DNA of 43,697 bases from a virus: positions 1 through 43,697 of IMG/VR virus record IMGVR_UViG_3300012961_000002. One strand, given 5' to 3'. Made by a program: the position numbers and the translations under genes. A model generated the notes under the pieces. That model worked only from the letters and a program-made list of their open reading frames with translations. It was not told where the DNA came from and did not search any database. Positions 36,166 through 43,697 of this stretch are shown here, piece by piece. Numbering within the stretch: position 1 is the stretch's first letter; every line of letters begins with the position of its first letter.

Positions 36166-37796
36166 TGCCCGCGGTGAGGATCATGCCCCAGATCCCGGAC
36201 GAGAACCGAACGCTCGGGTGGCAAATCCTTGAGTGGATGGTCGATAATCTCGTTCACGGAGTCACGGGCGAACCGCTGGAACTCACGAACGAGGGCATCG
36301 ACTTTGTTCTGTGCGCGTACGCGATCGATGACGAGGGTCGTTGGCTATATGACCGTGGCGCGCTCCGACGTGCCCGAGGTACGGGTAAGTCCCCGTTGGC
36401 CGCCGCTCTAGCGTGTGCTGAGCTGTGTGGCCCGGTTCGCTTCGGCGGATGGGACGAGGACGGATTCCCGATCGGGGTTCCGGAGCCTGCACCTTGGGTC
36501 CAGATCATCGCTATTACGATGGAACAGACCAAGCCGATCATGGATATCGCCCGAGCTTCGTTCTCGGATGACGCCATTGAGAAGTATGGTCTGGCCATCG
36601 GTGTCGAAGCGATCGTCAAGTCTAACGCCGTAGATGGCGGAGGACCAGGGCGTCTTGCCGCCATCGCCAATAACCCGCGCGCACTTCGAGGGCCTCGCCC
36701 TACGGCTGTGTTCGCGGACGAGGTTTCTGAGTGGATCGCCTCCAACGGCGGCCACGAAGCCATGATTCGTATCAACTCGAACCTGGCCAAGAACCCGGGC
36801 GGTCGTGCCCGTCTGTTCGAGTTTTGTAACGCTTACGAGCCTGGGCTGGATTCACATGCCGAGCGAACGTTCGCGGCGTACGCGAAGCAGATGGAGACCT
36901 TCGGGTTCTCGCGGATTCTGTACGATGCTCTAGAGGCTGATCCGGCCCTTAAGCTCACCATTCTGGAAGAGCTTGAAGAGGCTATCAGGCAGGCCGCTGG
37001 TGATGCGCACTGGCTTGATGTCCGGCGCCTGATCAACCAGGCCCTGGACACGGGTACGTCTCCGACGACGTTCCGTCGTGAGCACCTGAACCAGATTCTG
37101 TCCGACGATGATTCACTCATCTCTATGCCGTTGTTCGATGAGCTAGGGCAGCGTGTCGCGCCTCTGGAAGAGGACGACGTTATCACGCTCGGGTTCGATG
37201 GGTCACTCTCGGGAGACGGTACGGCCATTGTGGCTTTCCGTCTTGAGGACCGCTCTTTCCACCTCCTGGAATACTGGGAGCCTCCGGAGAAGCAGGACCC
37301 GAACTCGCCCAAGTGGCGAATCGATGAAGAGATGGTTGATCAGAGTTTTAGGGCCTACATGGAACGTTTCAATGTTGTTGCCGCGGCGTGCGACGTCCAC
37401 CCGTTCGAATCCTGGGTTTACGCCTGGGAGAAGGATTACGGGCAGAAGCTTCAGGCTAAGGCCTCAACAGCCGGTCAGCTGATTCGCGATAACCGTACCG
37501 ATCAGCGCGGTTTGACGTTCTTGTGCGAGGCTCTAGTAAACGAGATCGAGTCTAAGAAGATCCACTTCCGAGCTACGTATTCGATGCGTATGCACTGGGC
37601 GAACGCGAAGCGTCGCCTGAACCGGTGGGGATATTCGTTCGGTAAGATCACTAAGTCGTCCACGAAGCGCGTCGATATTGTCGCTGCTTCACTCATGGCG
37701 TACGGCGCCGCATCCGCGTTGGCTAAGGACTTCAATACCAAGAAGCTGAAGCCTGCGCGCGTACACCGCCTCAAGGGGGGTAGTAACGAATGGTAG
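36162..37796 (+). CDS. terminase large subunit
   Basis: 544 aa. Walker A-like RARGTGKSPLAAA and an acidic Walker B-like VFADEVSEW. Followed by the portal gene. Confidence 0.8.
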   Translation: MMPAVRIMPQIPDENRTLGWQILEWMVDNLVHGVTGEPLELTNEGIDFVLCAYAIDDEGRWLYDRGALRRARGTGKSPLAAALACAELCGPVRFGGWDEDGFPIGVPEPAPWVQIIAITMEQTKPIMDIARASFSDDAIEKYGLAIGVEAIVKSNAVDGGGPGRLAAIANNPRALRGPRPTAVFADEVSEWIASNGGHEAMIRINSNLAKNPGGRARLFEFCNAYEPGLDSHAERTFAAYAKQMETFGFSRILYDALEADPALKLTILEELEEAIRQAAGDAHWLDVRRLINQALDTGTSPTTFRREHLNQILSDDDSLISMPLFDELGQRVAPLEEDDVITLGFDGSLSGDGTAIVAFRLEDRSFHLLEYWEPPEKQDPNSPKWRIDEEMVDQSFRAYMERFNVVAAACDVHPFESWVYAWEKDYGQKLQAKASTAGQLIRDNRTDQRGLTFLCEALVNEIESKKIHFRATYSMRMHWANAKRRLNRWGYSFGKITKSSTKRVDIVAASLMAYGAASALAKDFNTKKLKPARVHRLKGGSNEW

Positions 37797-39163
37797 ACCC
37801 CCGTACAGCTCTTGATGAGCTGATGAGGATTTACAGGGATCAGTCCCGCTATCTTGAGCGTGCGGACCGATACTTTCGCGCTGAGCCTAGCTCGGTGAAT
37901 ATCGGATCCACGATTCCCCCGGCCTTGGCCAGGTTCCGCACGGCATGGCCCGCGGTTCGTGTGGCTACAAACGCGTTCGCGGACCGTGTCAAGCTTGAGG
38001 ATCTGGTTTGGCCCGATGCCCAGGATCAGGTGGAGGACTTCCGCACCGCGCTCTCGGGAGAGCTGAACCGTGCCGTGCTGGAATCTCTGGCAACTGGCAC
38101 AGGGTATCTTCGTGTCGTGGACCTCGGGGCGGGAAGTGTGAACTTCCAGGCTATCCGCGGTCGCGATGGCGCGTTCTGGGAGGATCCGGACACCGCCGAG
38201 GTTCTGGCCGTGATGCGAATTCACAGGCCCCCGTGGTACGTGAATAAGGGTCCAATCGTGAATCCCCAGAGGGTCACGGTCTACACTCCAGGTACGTGGA
38301 CAGAGTTCGCTATCGAGCCTAACGCCCTGGCGCGCAAGGTCCCTTCGGATCCGTGGTACGAGGTTGATTCGGGGAATGTTCCGGGCCAGGGCCTGCTCAT
38401 GGTCCCCCTCCTGAACCGTTCCCGTGCGGGTGAGCCGTACGGGCGTGCTGAGGCACGAGACCTGTACGGGCTCCAGGACCAGGGTTCGCGGAACCTCACC
38501 GGGCTAGCCATTGCGGCCGATGCTCTGGCGGTTCCTCAGCGTGCGCTCATTGCCGCCCTGCCGGAGTCCATCTCGGATCTGAGTACGCTCGAAACGTACA
38601 TGACTTCCATCCTGGCCCTGTCCGGGGATGTGAAGCTGGACCAGTGGCAGGCTGCTCAGCTTCAGCCGTTTGTCGAGGCTGCAATGCTGTACGGTCGCAA
38701 GGCTTCGGAGATCTCGGGTATTCCGCTCAGCTACTGGGGTATCTCCTCAGAGGCCCAGGGCGCATCCGGTGATGCTATCCGCGAGAACGATGCTCGTCTG
38801 GAGATCAGGTCTCGCGAGATCTGTGACCAGTTCACGGGCCCGGTTCTTATGGTCGCCGCGGTTGTGGCGGCTCTCCTAGGCGTAGATCCCGGTCGCCAGG
38901 CTGCTAAGTGGGCTGACCCTTCGACTCCGACTCCGACGGCACAGGCTGATGCTGCTTTGAAGCTGTCCCAGATCGGTTCGATCAATGGGCAGGTGGTTAT
39001 CGACCGTGAGATGATCTGGAACATTCTCCGTGTTTCGCCTGAGGACCGTGAGCGTATCCGCGAGTTCGAGGCGTCGGAAGAGTTCAAGAAGCTCATGGCT
39101 GATCAGGCCGCTAAGGCTCCGCCTGTCCAGGCTGTGGTCCCTGCTCCGGTTGAGGGCCAGTGA
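37790..39163 (+). CDS. portal protein
   Basis: 457-aa ORF between the terminase and head-morphogenesis genes. Confidence 0.75.
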   Translation: MVDPRTALDELMRIYRDQSRYLERADRYFRAEPSSVNIGSTIPPALARFRTAWPAVRVATNAFADRVKLEDLVWPDAQDQVEDFRTALSGELNRAVLESLATGTGYLRVVDLGAGSVNFQAIRGRDGAFWEDPDTAEVLAVMRIHRPPWYVNKGPIVNPQRVTVYTPGTWTEFAIEPNALARKVPSDPWYEVDSGNVPGQGLLMVPLLNRSRAGEPYGRAEARDLYGLQDQGSRNLTGLAIAADALAVPQRALIAALPESISDLSTLETYMTSILALSGDVKLDQWQAAQLQPFVEAAMLYGRKASEISGIPLSYWGISSEAQGASGDAIRENDARLEIRSREICDQFTGPVLMVAAVVAALLGVDPGRQAAKWADPSTPTPTAQADAALKLSQIGSINGQVVIDREMIWNILRVSPEDRERIREFEASEEFKKLMADQAAKAPPVQAVVPAPVEGQ

Positions 39164-39882
39164 AGCCGGTACAGGCCCGTCACGTACGTAGTACCGCCGC
39201 TCAGACGCTCTCTAACGCCTTGGGCAAGGCTCTCCGTCCATTCGTGGGCAAGACCATGTCTAAGGCGTTGGTGAGCACCCTGAGCAGGCGCACCGCGCCG
39301 TACGTGCAGGGGGCCCGATCCACGATGAGCCGACTTGCTACGCAGCAGTACGTTACGGCCCTTGAAGGGGGCAAGCCCCTCAAGCCTAAGAAGCTGACCC
39401 GGTTCGACGAAAAGGTGTGGCTTCAGTCTCTGGAGAAGAAGATCCTCTCTGAGGGTCCGGACTCAGTAGAAGTCACGGTTACCGAGGACCACATCGCCGA
39501 AGTTCAGCGCGCAGGGGAACACTGGGCTCTGGACGCGGAACGCGGGACTCTGATCGATTACGCGATGCGCGATAAGCGCTTCGAGGGATGGGCCCGAGTA
39601 GATCCGGAACCGCCGACGTGCCCGTTTTGTATGGTCCTAATCTCGATGGGCCCGACACGAACCGATCCTCAGAAGGCGCATTTCCACGCCGGTGACACGT
39701 GCGAGGTTCAACTTGTCCGAAAGGGCGAGAAGGATTACCCAGGCGCCGATCAGGTGGCCGAGGCAAGGGCCAAGTACGAGAAGGCAGTCAAGGCCAACGA
39801 CGGCAAGACCGATCTGGCCGGACTCGTGAAGCAACTCAAGACCATTGACCCTGACGGGGCAGAGAGGGTAGAAACCCCATGA
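39160..39882 (+). CDS. MuF-like minor capsid / head morphogenesis protein
   Basis: Lies after the portal gene. Motif GWARVDPEPPTCPFCMVL...HFHAGDTC. Confidence 0.55.
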   Translation: MKPVQARHVRSTAAQTLSNALGKALRPFVGKTMSKALVSTLSRRTAPYVQGARSTMSRLATQQYVTALEGGKPLKPKKLTRFDEKVWLQSLEKKILSEGPDSVEVTVTEDHIAEVQRAGEHWALDAERGTLIDYAMRDKRFEGWARVDPEPPTCPFCMVLISMGPTRTDPQKAHFHAGDTCEVQLVRKGEKDYPGADQVAEARAKYEKAVKANDGKTDLAGLVKQLKTIDPDGAERVETP

Positions 39883-40391
39883 CTGATCGCGATATTTCCA
39901 GCCTTGACGAGGACACCCAGAAGTATATCCGGGACCTCCGCGATGAGGCTAAGACCCGGCGTCTGGAAGTGTCGGACCTGAACGCTAAGCTTCAGGAGCG
40001 TGACGCTCTGGTAGCCCAGGCGAACACGAAGCTCGATGAGCTTACCGCTAAGGCGACCCAGGGCCAGGAGATCGCAACTAAGTTCTCTGCCCTTCAGGAC
40101 GAGTATGCGCAGACTTCAGCTGCGCACGCCAATACCCAGCTCGAACTGGCCCGCATCAATGCTGCGCGTGCTGCGAAGCTGGATCTAGATTTCGCGGATC
40201 GCCTCAAGGGTGATACCCCGGATGCGCTCAAGGCTGACGCCGAGGCGTTTAAGCAGTCTCTCGGAAATGGTGGCGTTAGCCACGCTACGGGGGATCGCAC
40301 CAACACCAACGGCGCGGCCGCTCCACTGACGGAGCACGAGGGCCTGACTCAGGCAATCGCCCGCCACTTTGCTGAACTTGAAAGCGAGTGA
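39879..40391 (+). CDS. scaffolding protein
   Basis: 170-aa charged, coiled-coil-type sequence directly upstream of the major capsid gene. Confidence 0.65.
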   Translation: MTDRDISSLDEDTQKYIRDLRDEAKTRRLEVSDLNAKLQERDALVAQANTKLDELTAKATQGQEIATKFSALQDEYAQTSAAHANTQLELARINAARAAKLDLDFADRLKGDTPDALKADAEAFKQSLGNGGVSHATGDRTNTNGAAAPLTEHEGLTQAIARHFAELESE

Positions 40392-40397
40392 TTTAGC

Positions 40398-41306
40398 ATG
40401 GCTATGCTGACCTCGGGTAGTTTCGTCATTCCTCAGGCTGAGGCTGCCCCCCTGCTCACGCGTTCGCGTAAGGATTCGTTCGTCCTCCGAAACGCTACGC
40501 GGGTAACTGTAACCGGATCGGGTGCTACGGTCCCGGTCTTCACCACCGACATCGGTGGCGGATGGGTGAATGAGGGTACCTCGAAGCCCATCAACGATGC
40601 CGTGATCTCGAACAAGACGATGGCCGTTCGCAAGTGGGCCACGATTGTCCCGGTCACGGAGGAGTCGGTCACCGACCAGAACTCGATGAACCTTCTGGCC
40701 GAGATTGTGGCCAACGCTCAGGGTGGTTTCGGGCGTGCTGTTGACGCCCTGGCCATCACGGGTTCGGGTATCGGCGGGCAGTCGTACATCAACCAGACCA
40801 CGAAGTCGATCGAGATCGGTAACACGCCCGCCGCCCAGGGTGGCCTGTGGAAGGATCTGAACGAGGGTCTTCGTCTCCTGGTCAACGACACCAGCACGGG
40901 ATCCCCGCGCACGTGGACCGGTTCGACGTTCGACGCCGTGGTTGAGCCCAACTTCAACGAGGCCGTGGACCTGAACGGGCGCCCCCTGTTCACGGACACC
41001 ATGGTAGGCGAGACCGAGTCGATCCAGCGTTACGGTCGTCTGCTCGGCCGCCCGTCGGCTCTGCTCACGCAGGTGAAGCAGGGAACCACGGTTGGTTGGG
41101 CTGGAGACTGGAGCCGAGTGTTCTTCGGACTCATCGGTGACATCCGTGTCGACTACGACAACCGCGCCACGATCGTGCGTTCGGGAACCACGATTTCCGC
41201 TTTCCAGGACAACCTGGTTCTGGTCCGTATCGAGGCCCGTGTTGGTGTCCTCGTGGCGGACCCGGAGGACTTCGTGAAGTTCAACAACGCGGTCGCTGAC
41301 AGCTGA
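40398..41306 (+). CDS. major capsid protein
   Basis: 302-aa ORF after the scaffold gene. Size and position fit an HK97-fold capsid protein. Confidence 0.75.
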   Translation: MAMLTSGSFVIPQAEAAPLLTRSRKDSFVLRNATRVTVTGSGATVPVFTTDIGGGWVNEGTSKPINDAVISNKTMAVRKWATIVPVTEESVTDQNSMNLLAEIVANAQGGFGRAVDALAITGSGIGGQSYINQTTKSIEIGNTPAAQGGLWKDLNEGLRLLVNDTSTGSPRTWTGSTFDAVVEPNFNEAVDLNGRPLFTDTMVGETESIQRYGRLLGRPSALLTQVKQGTTVGWAGDWSRVFFGLIGDIRVDYDNRATIVRSGTTISAFQDNLVLVRIEARVGVLVADPEDFVKFNNAVADS

Positions 41307-41320
41307 TCGTAAGGAGTGAA

Positions 41321-42436
41321 ATGCGGATTCGTGCCCGAGGGGGATCACCTGTGATGACGGCGCCTACAGAGGTGGCCTTGCGGATGATCGCCTTGGGTGC
41401 GACTCCGGATTCGCTCCGCAGCAAGCACGTTAAGCCACGCCAGGACCTCGGTCGACCGGCCCGGGTCCTGGCGGTGGTTCATGGGTGGATGCCGTATCTT
41501 GCCGCTGGTTCTGAGCGCATGGTCCAACACATGTTGGACGCGCTCCCGCGCGAAGAGTTCGAGGTCCACATCCTTTCCCTGGGGTACGGAAACGACCCGG
41601 GGATCAATAACTTTTACATGTACGAGGGTACTCCGGTTACCGTGGGATACGAACCGCCGTTCGTTCCAGACATTATTGTCACGCACCACGGCCCGGGTTC
41701 CCGTGTAGTTCAGGCGCTTTGCCAGGACTTCCCGGACGCCCGTGTAGTGGCCGTGTACCACAACGAGCGGTACGATATCGAAGACATCAAGTCTTTGAAC
41801 GCTGAACTGGAAGTCTTTAATACCTGGTGGGTCGGTGGCTCGGTTCGCCGTGCCGGTGCCGCGGGTTTGAGCGGCCTGGAACAGGGCATCATCGTCGTTC
41901 ATCCGCCCCTGGAGCCGGACCGCCACCGAGTCGAAGAGACTGGGTCCGCGGTTACACTAGTCAATCTGCAAGAGAACAAGGGTGTGCGCGTGTTCCAGGA
42001 GCTTGCGCGCAGGATGCCCGATGTTCGATTCCTGGGCGTGGAAGGCACGCACGGGACCCAGGAACGGCCGAAGATCCCGAACGTCGAGTACATGCCCGTG
42101 ACGCAGGACATGCGCGACGTGTGGCGAAAGTCCAGGGTTGTTCTCATGCCGTCGGGGTACGAGTCTTATGGAATGGTTGCCGCCGAGGCACAGGTGAACG
42201 GTATTCCGGTCATCGCCAACCCCACCGCGGGCCTAGCCGAATGCCTGGGCAACGCTGGTATTTTCATTCCGCGGTCGAACATTGACGACTATGAGCGAGC
42301 TTTGAGGCTTCTCCTCGAAGATCGTAAGCACTATCAGGAGCGGTCCGAGATGGCCCGTCTTCGAGGGCAGGAACTTCAGTCTCAGACAGAGCGGGAACTG
42401 GCCCGATTCATTGATGAAATGAGGAGGCTGTCATGA
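41321..42436 (+). CDS. glycosyltransferase (GT-B, GT1/GT4-like) inside the head module
   Basis: C-terminal motif SGYESYGMVAAEAQVNGIPVIA (E-x7-E type). The ATG follows AAGGAG. The start is somewhat uncertain. Confidence 0.65.
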   Translation: MRIRARGGSPVMTAPTEVALRMIALGATPDSLRSKHVKPRQDLGRPARVLAVVHGWMPYLAAGSERMVQHMLDALPREEFEVHILSLGYGNDPGINNFYMYEGTPVTVGYEPPFVPDIIVTHHGPGSRVVQALCQDFPDARVVAVYHNERYDIEDIKSLNAELEVFNTWWVGGSVRRAGAAGLSGLEQGIIVVHPPLEPDRHRVEETGSAVTLVNLQENKGVRVFQELARRMPDVRFLGVEGTHGTQERPKIPNVEYMPVTQDMRDVWRKSRVVLMPSGYESYGMVAAEAQVNGIPVIANPTAGLAECLGNAGIFIPRSNIDDYERALRLLLEDRKHYQERSEMARLRGQELQSQTERELARFIDEMRRLS

Positions 42437-42864
42437 CCGTTGCTACTGCCACCGATGTTCAGATCCGTCTGGGCCGAGACCTGAATCCCGCCGAAGAGGC
42501 ACAGGTTACCGCGTACCTGGAAGATGCAGAGGCAGCGATTCTGTCCAAGCTTCCGGACGCGGTGACTAAGGCTGGTACCGACGCCACGTACGCCAAGAAC
42601 CTGAAGTCCGTGGAGATCTCGATCACGCTTCGCGCGGCCCGGCTCACGGACGCGGTTCAGGCCGCGTATCCGAATACCGAGGATTGGCAGACCCATCCCG
42701 GGTATAGTCGGGCCAATGTCACGGTTCTTGATTCTGAGTGGCGAAAGCTTGGGCTCCGTTGGTATTCCTCGTTCAACTTGGGGAACACCACGACTCTGCC
42801 CCCGGGCTGGTTCCCGGACATGAATCCGACCTGGGGCCCGTGGTGGGCAACCGGGGAGGACTGA
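42433..42864 (+). CDS. head-to-tail adaptor (putative)
   Basis: 143-aa ORF following the capsid module. Call rests on position only. Confidence 0.5.
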   Translation: MTVATATDVQIRLGRDLNPAEEAQVTAYLEDAEAAILSKLPDAVTKAGTDATYAKNLKSVEISITLRAARLTDAVQAAYPNTEDWQTHPGYSRANVTVLDSEWRKLGLRWYSSFNLGNTTTLPPGWFPDMNPTWGPWWATGED

Positions 42865-43148
42865 TGGAAAAGATCCGGCTGTTCAGGGGCCTGGAACGGA
42901 CCGTCTCGCACTCGGACGATGTCGAGGGAATCCTAGGCGACTTCGCCTTCGAGATTCTTGGTCGGGCCCGCGCCAACCTGGCTCGGCACCACAAGCACGG
43001 AACTCACAAGATTACTCAGGACAAGGGTCGCGTTGACCACTTCGTGAACTTGGAGGGGCCCGCGGCTCTGGCCGTAGAGAACGGGTGGCATAAGCGGGAC
43101 GGTACCTTCGTCCGCGGCCTGAATATCCTGAAGGGGGCCATCCTGTGA
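42864..43148 (+). CDS. head-tail joining protein (putative)
   Basis: ATG 42864 overlaps the upstream TGA. 94 aa. Confidence 0.45.
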   Translation: MEKIRLFRGLERTVSHSDDVEGILGDFAFEILGRARANLARHHKHGTHKITQDKGRVDHFVNLEGPAALAVENGWHKRDGTFVRGLNILKGAIL

Positions 43149-43567
43149 CGCTTATCGACCCGGTTCAGGTGGCCGTACAGGCACTCAAGGCCAAGGGTTG
43201 GGATGTTCATCCCGAGACTGAGGCAGAGGCCGCTAATATCTCCAAGAGTGCCATTGCTTCGGCGGGGTACGTTTGGGTCGAAGAACTTCCCTCAGGTCAG
43301 ACCCCGCACATCCGGTATTCGGATAGGCCCACTGTTCAGATCGTAGTATACTCGAACGTGGGAATTACGGAGGCTATGCGGCTGGGCCGTAAGATTTCCG
43401 TTGATCTGATGGATTCGGTCGGAACTGTGTTTCAGGCCGGGGGAATCCATAGGGTGCTCACCCTGATTCGCCCTAGTAGGCAGGATCTACCGGGGCTCCC
43501 TCCGGGCGTCGGACGAACCGTAGCCCAATACGAACTAGTCCTTTCGACCGAAGAGAAGTGGAGTTGA
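43145..43567 (+). CDS. tail terminator / neck protein (putative)
   Basis: 140-aa ORF immediately upstream of the major tail protein. Confidence 0.45.
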   Translation: MTLIDPVQVAVQALKAKGWDVHPETEAEAANISKSAIASAGYVWVEELPSGQTPHIRYSDRPTVQIVVYSNVGITEAMRLGRKISVDLMDSVGTVFQAGGIHRVLTLIRPSRQDLPGLPPGVGRTVAQYELVLSTEEKWS

Positions 43568-43571
43568 GATA

Positions 43572-43697
43572 ATGACTCTCAACGATAACGGGTACTTCCT
43601 TGTATCCCGCACCGTTCTGTACACCGCACCCGTAGATACCGCAGCGCCTAGCGCTGCGTCCCTGGACAGCCCTGGGGTTGCGTGGACCATTCTGGGC
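43572..43697 (+). CDS. major tail protein (5' part; continues at nt 124 after removing the duplicated 123 nt)
   Basis: ATG 43572 lies 8 nt after GGAG. Nt 43575-43697 equal nt 1-123. Confidence 0.7.
   Translation, partial: MTLNDNGYFLVSRTVLYTAPVDTAAPSAASLDSPGVAWTILG
43575..43697. repeat. terminal overlap, second copy
   Basis: Identical to nt 1-123. Confidence 0.95.

Overview
The window is a complete, circularly closed phage genome of about 43.57 kb. Nt 1-123 are repeated exactly at 43575-43697, inside the major tail protein ORF. Gene content, high GC and the ATGA/GTGA-coupled gene chains look like a siphovirus-type actinobacteriophage. I found no integrase or repressor, so it is probably lytic.

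The genome has one divergence point, a repeat-rich non-coding control region at 28741-29340. It has one convergence point, a bidirectional hairpin at 9621-9662.

The leftward (minus) unit, 28740 down to 9771, holds about 55 tightly packed early and replication genes:
- type I phosphoribosyltransferase-like protein
- sigma region-4-like protein
- Cas4-type nuclease
- DnaB-like helicase
- endonuclease VII
- two-ORF primase
- DEDD exonuclease
- SSB
- DNA polymerase I
- many 33-110 aa basic or zinc-ribbon miniproteins

The rightward (plus) unit starts with a 3.3-kb tRNA array. I hand-folded 22 tRNAs that cover all 20 amino acids. Several are structurally non-canonical, and decayed tRNA copies lie among them. 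A signal-peptide SGNH hydrolase gene interrupts the array. Downstream are small genes, a glycosyltransferase, HNH endonuclease, terminase small and large subunits, portal, MuF-like protein, scaffold, major capsid, a second glycosyltransferase and neck genes. Across the junction follow the major tail protein, frameshifted tail chaperones, tape measure, minor tail proteins, a collagen-like membrane protein and an amidase endolysin.

The observations most worth a second look:
1. The complete, non-redundant tRNA set and its unusual tRNA structures.
2. A canonical -1 frameshift signal (G GGA AAA, 6-nt spacer, GC hairpin) at the end of a replication-module gene.
3. The highly ordered repeat and palindrome architecture of the divergent control region.
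4. An mRNA embedded between tRNAs.

All calls come from reading the sequence and the ORF track. No database or covariance-model search was possible.
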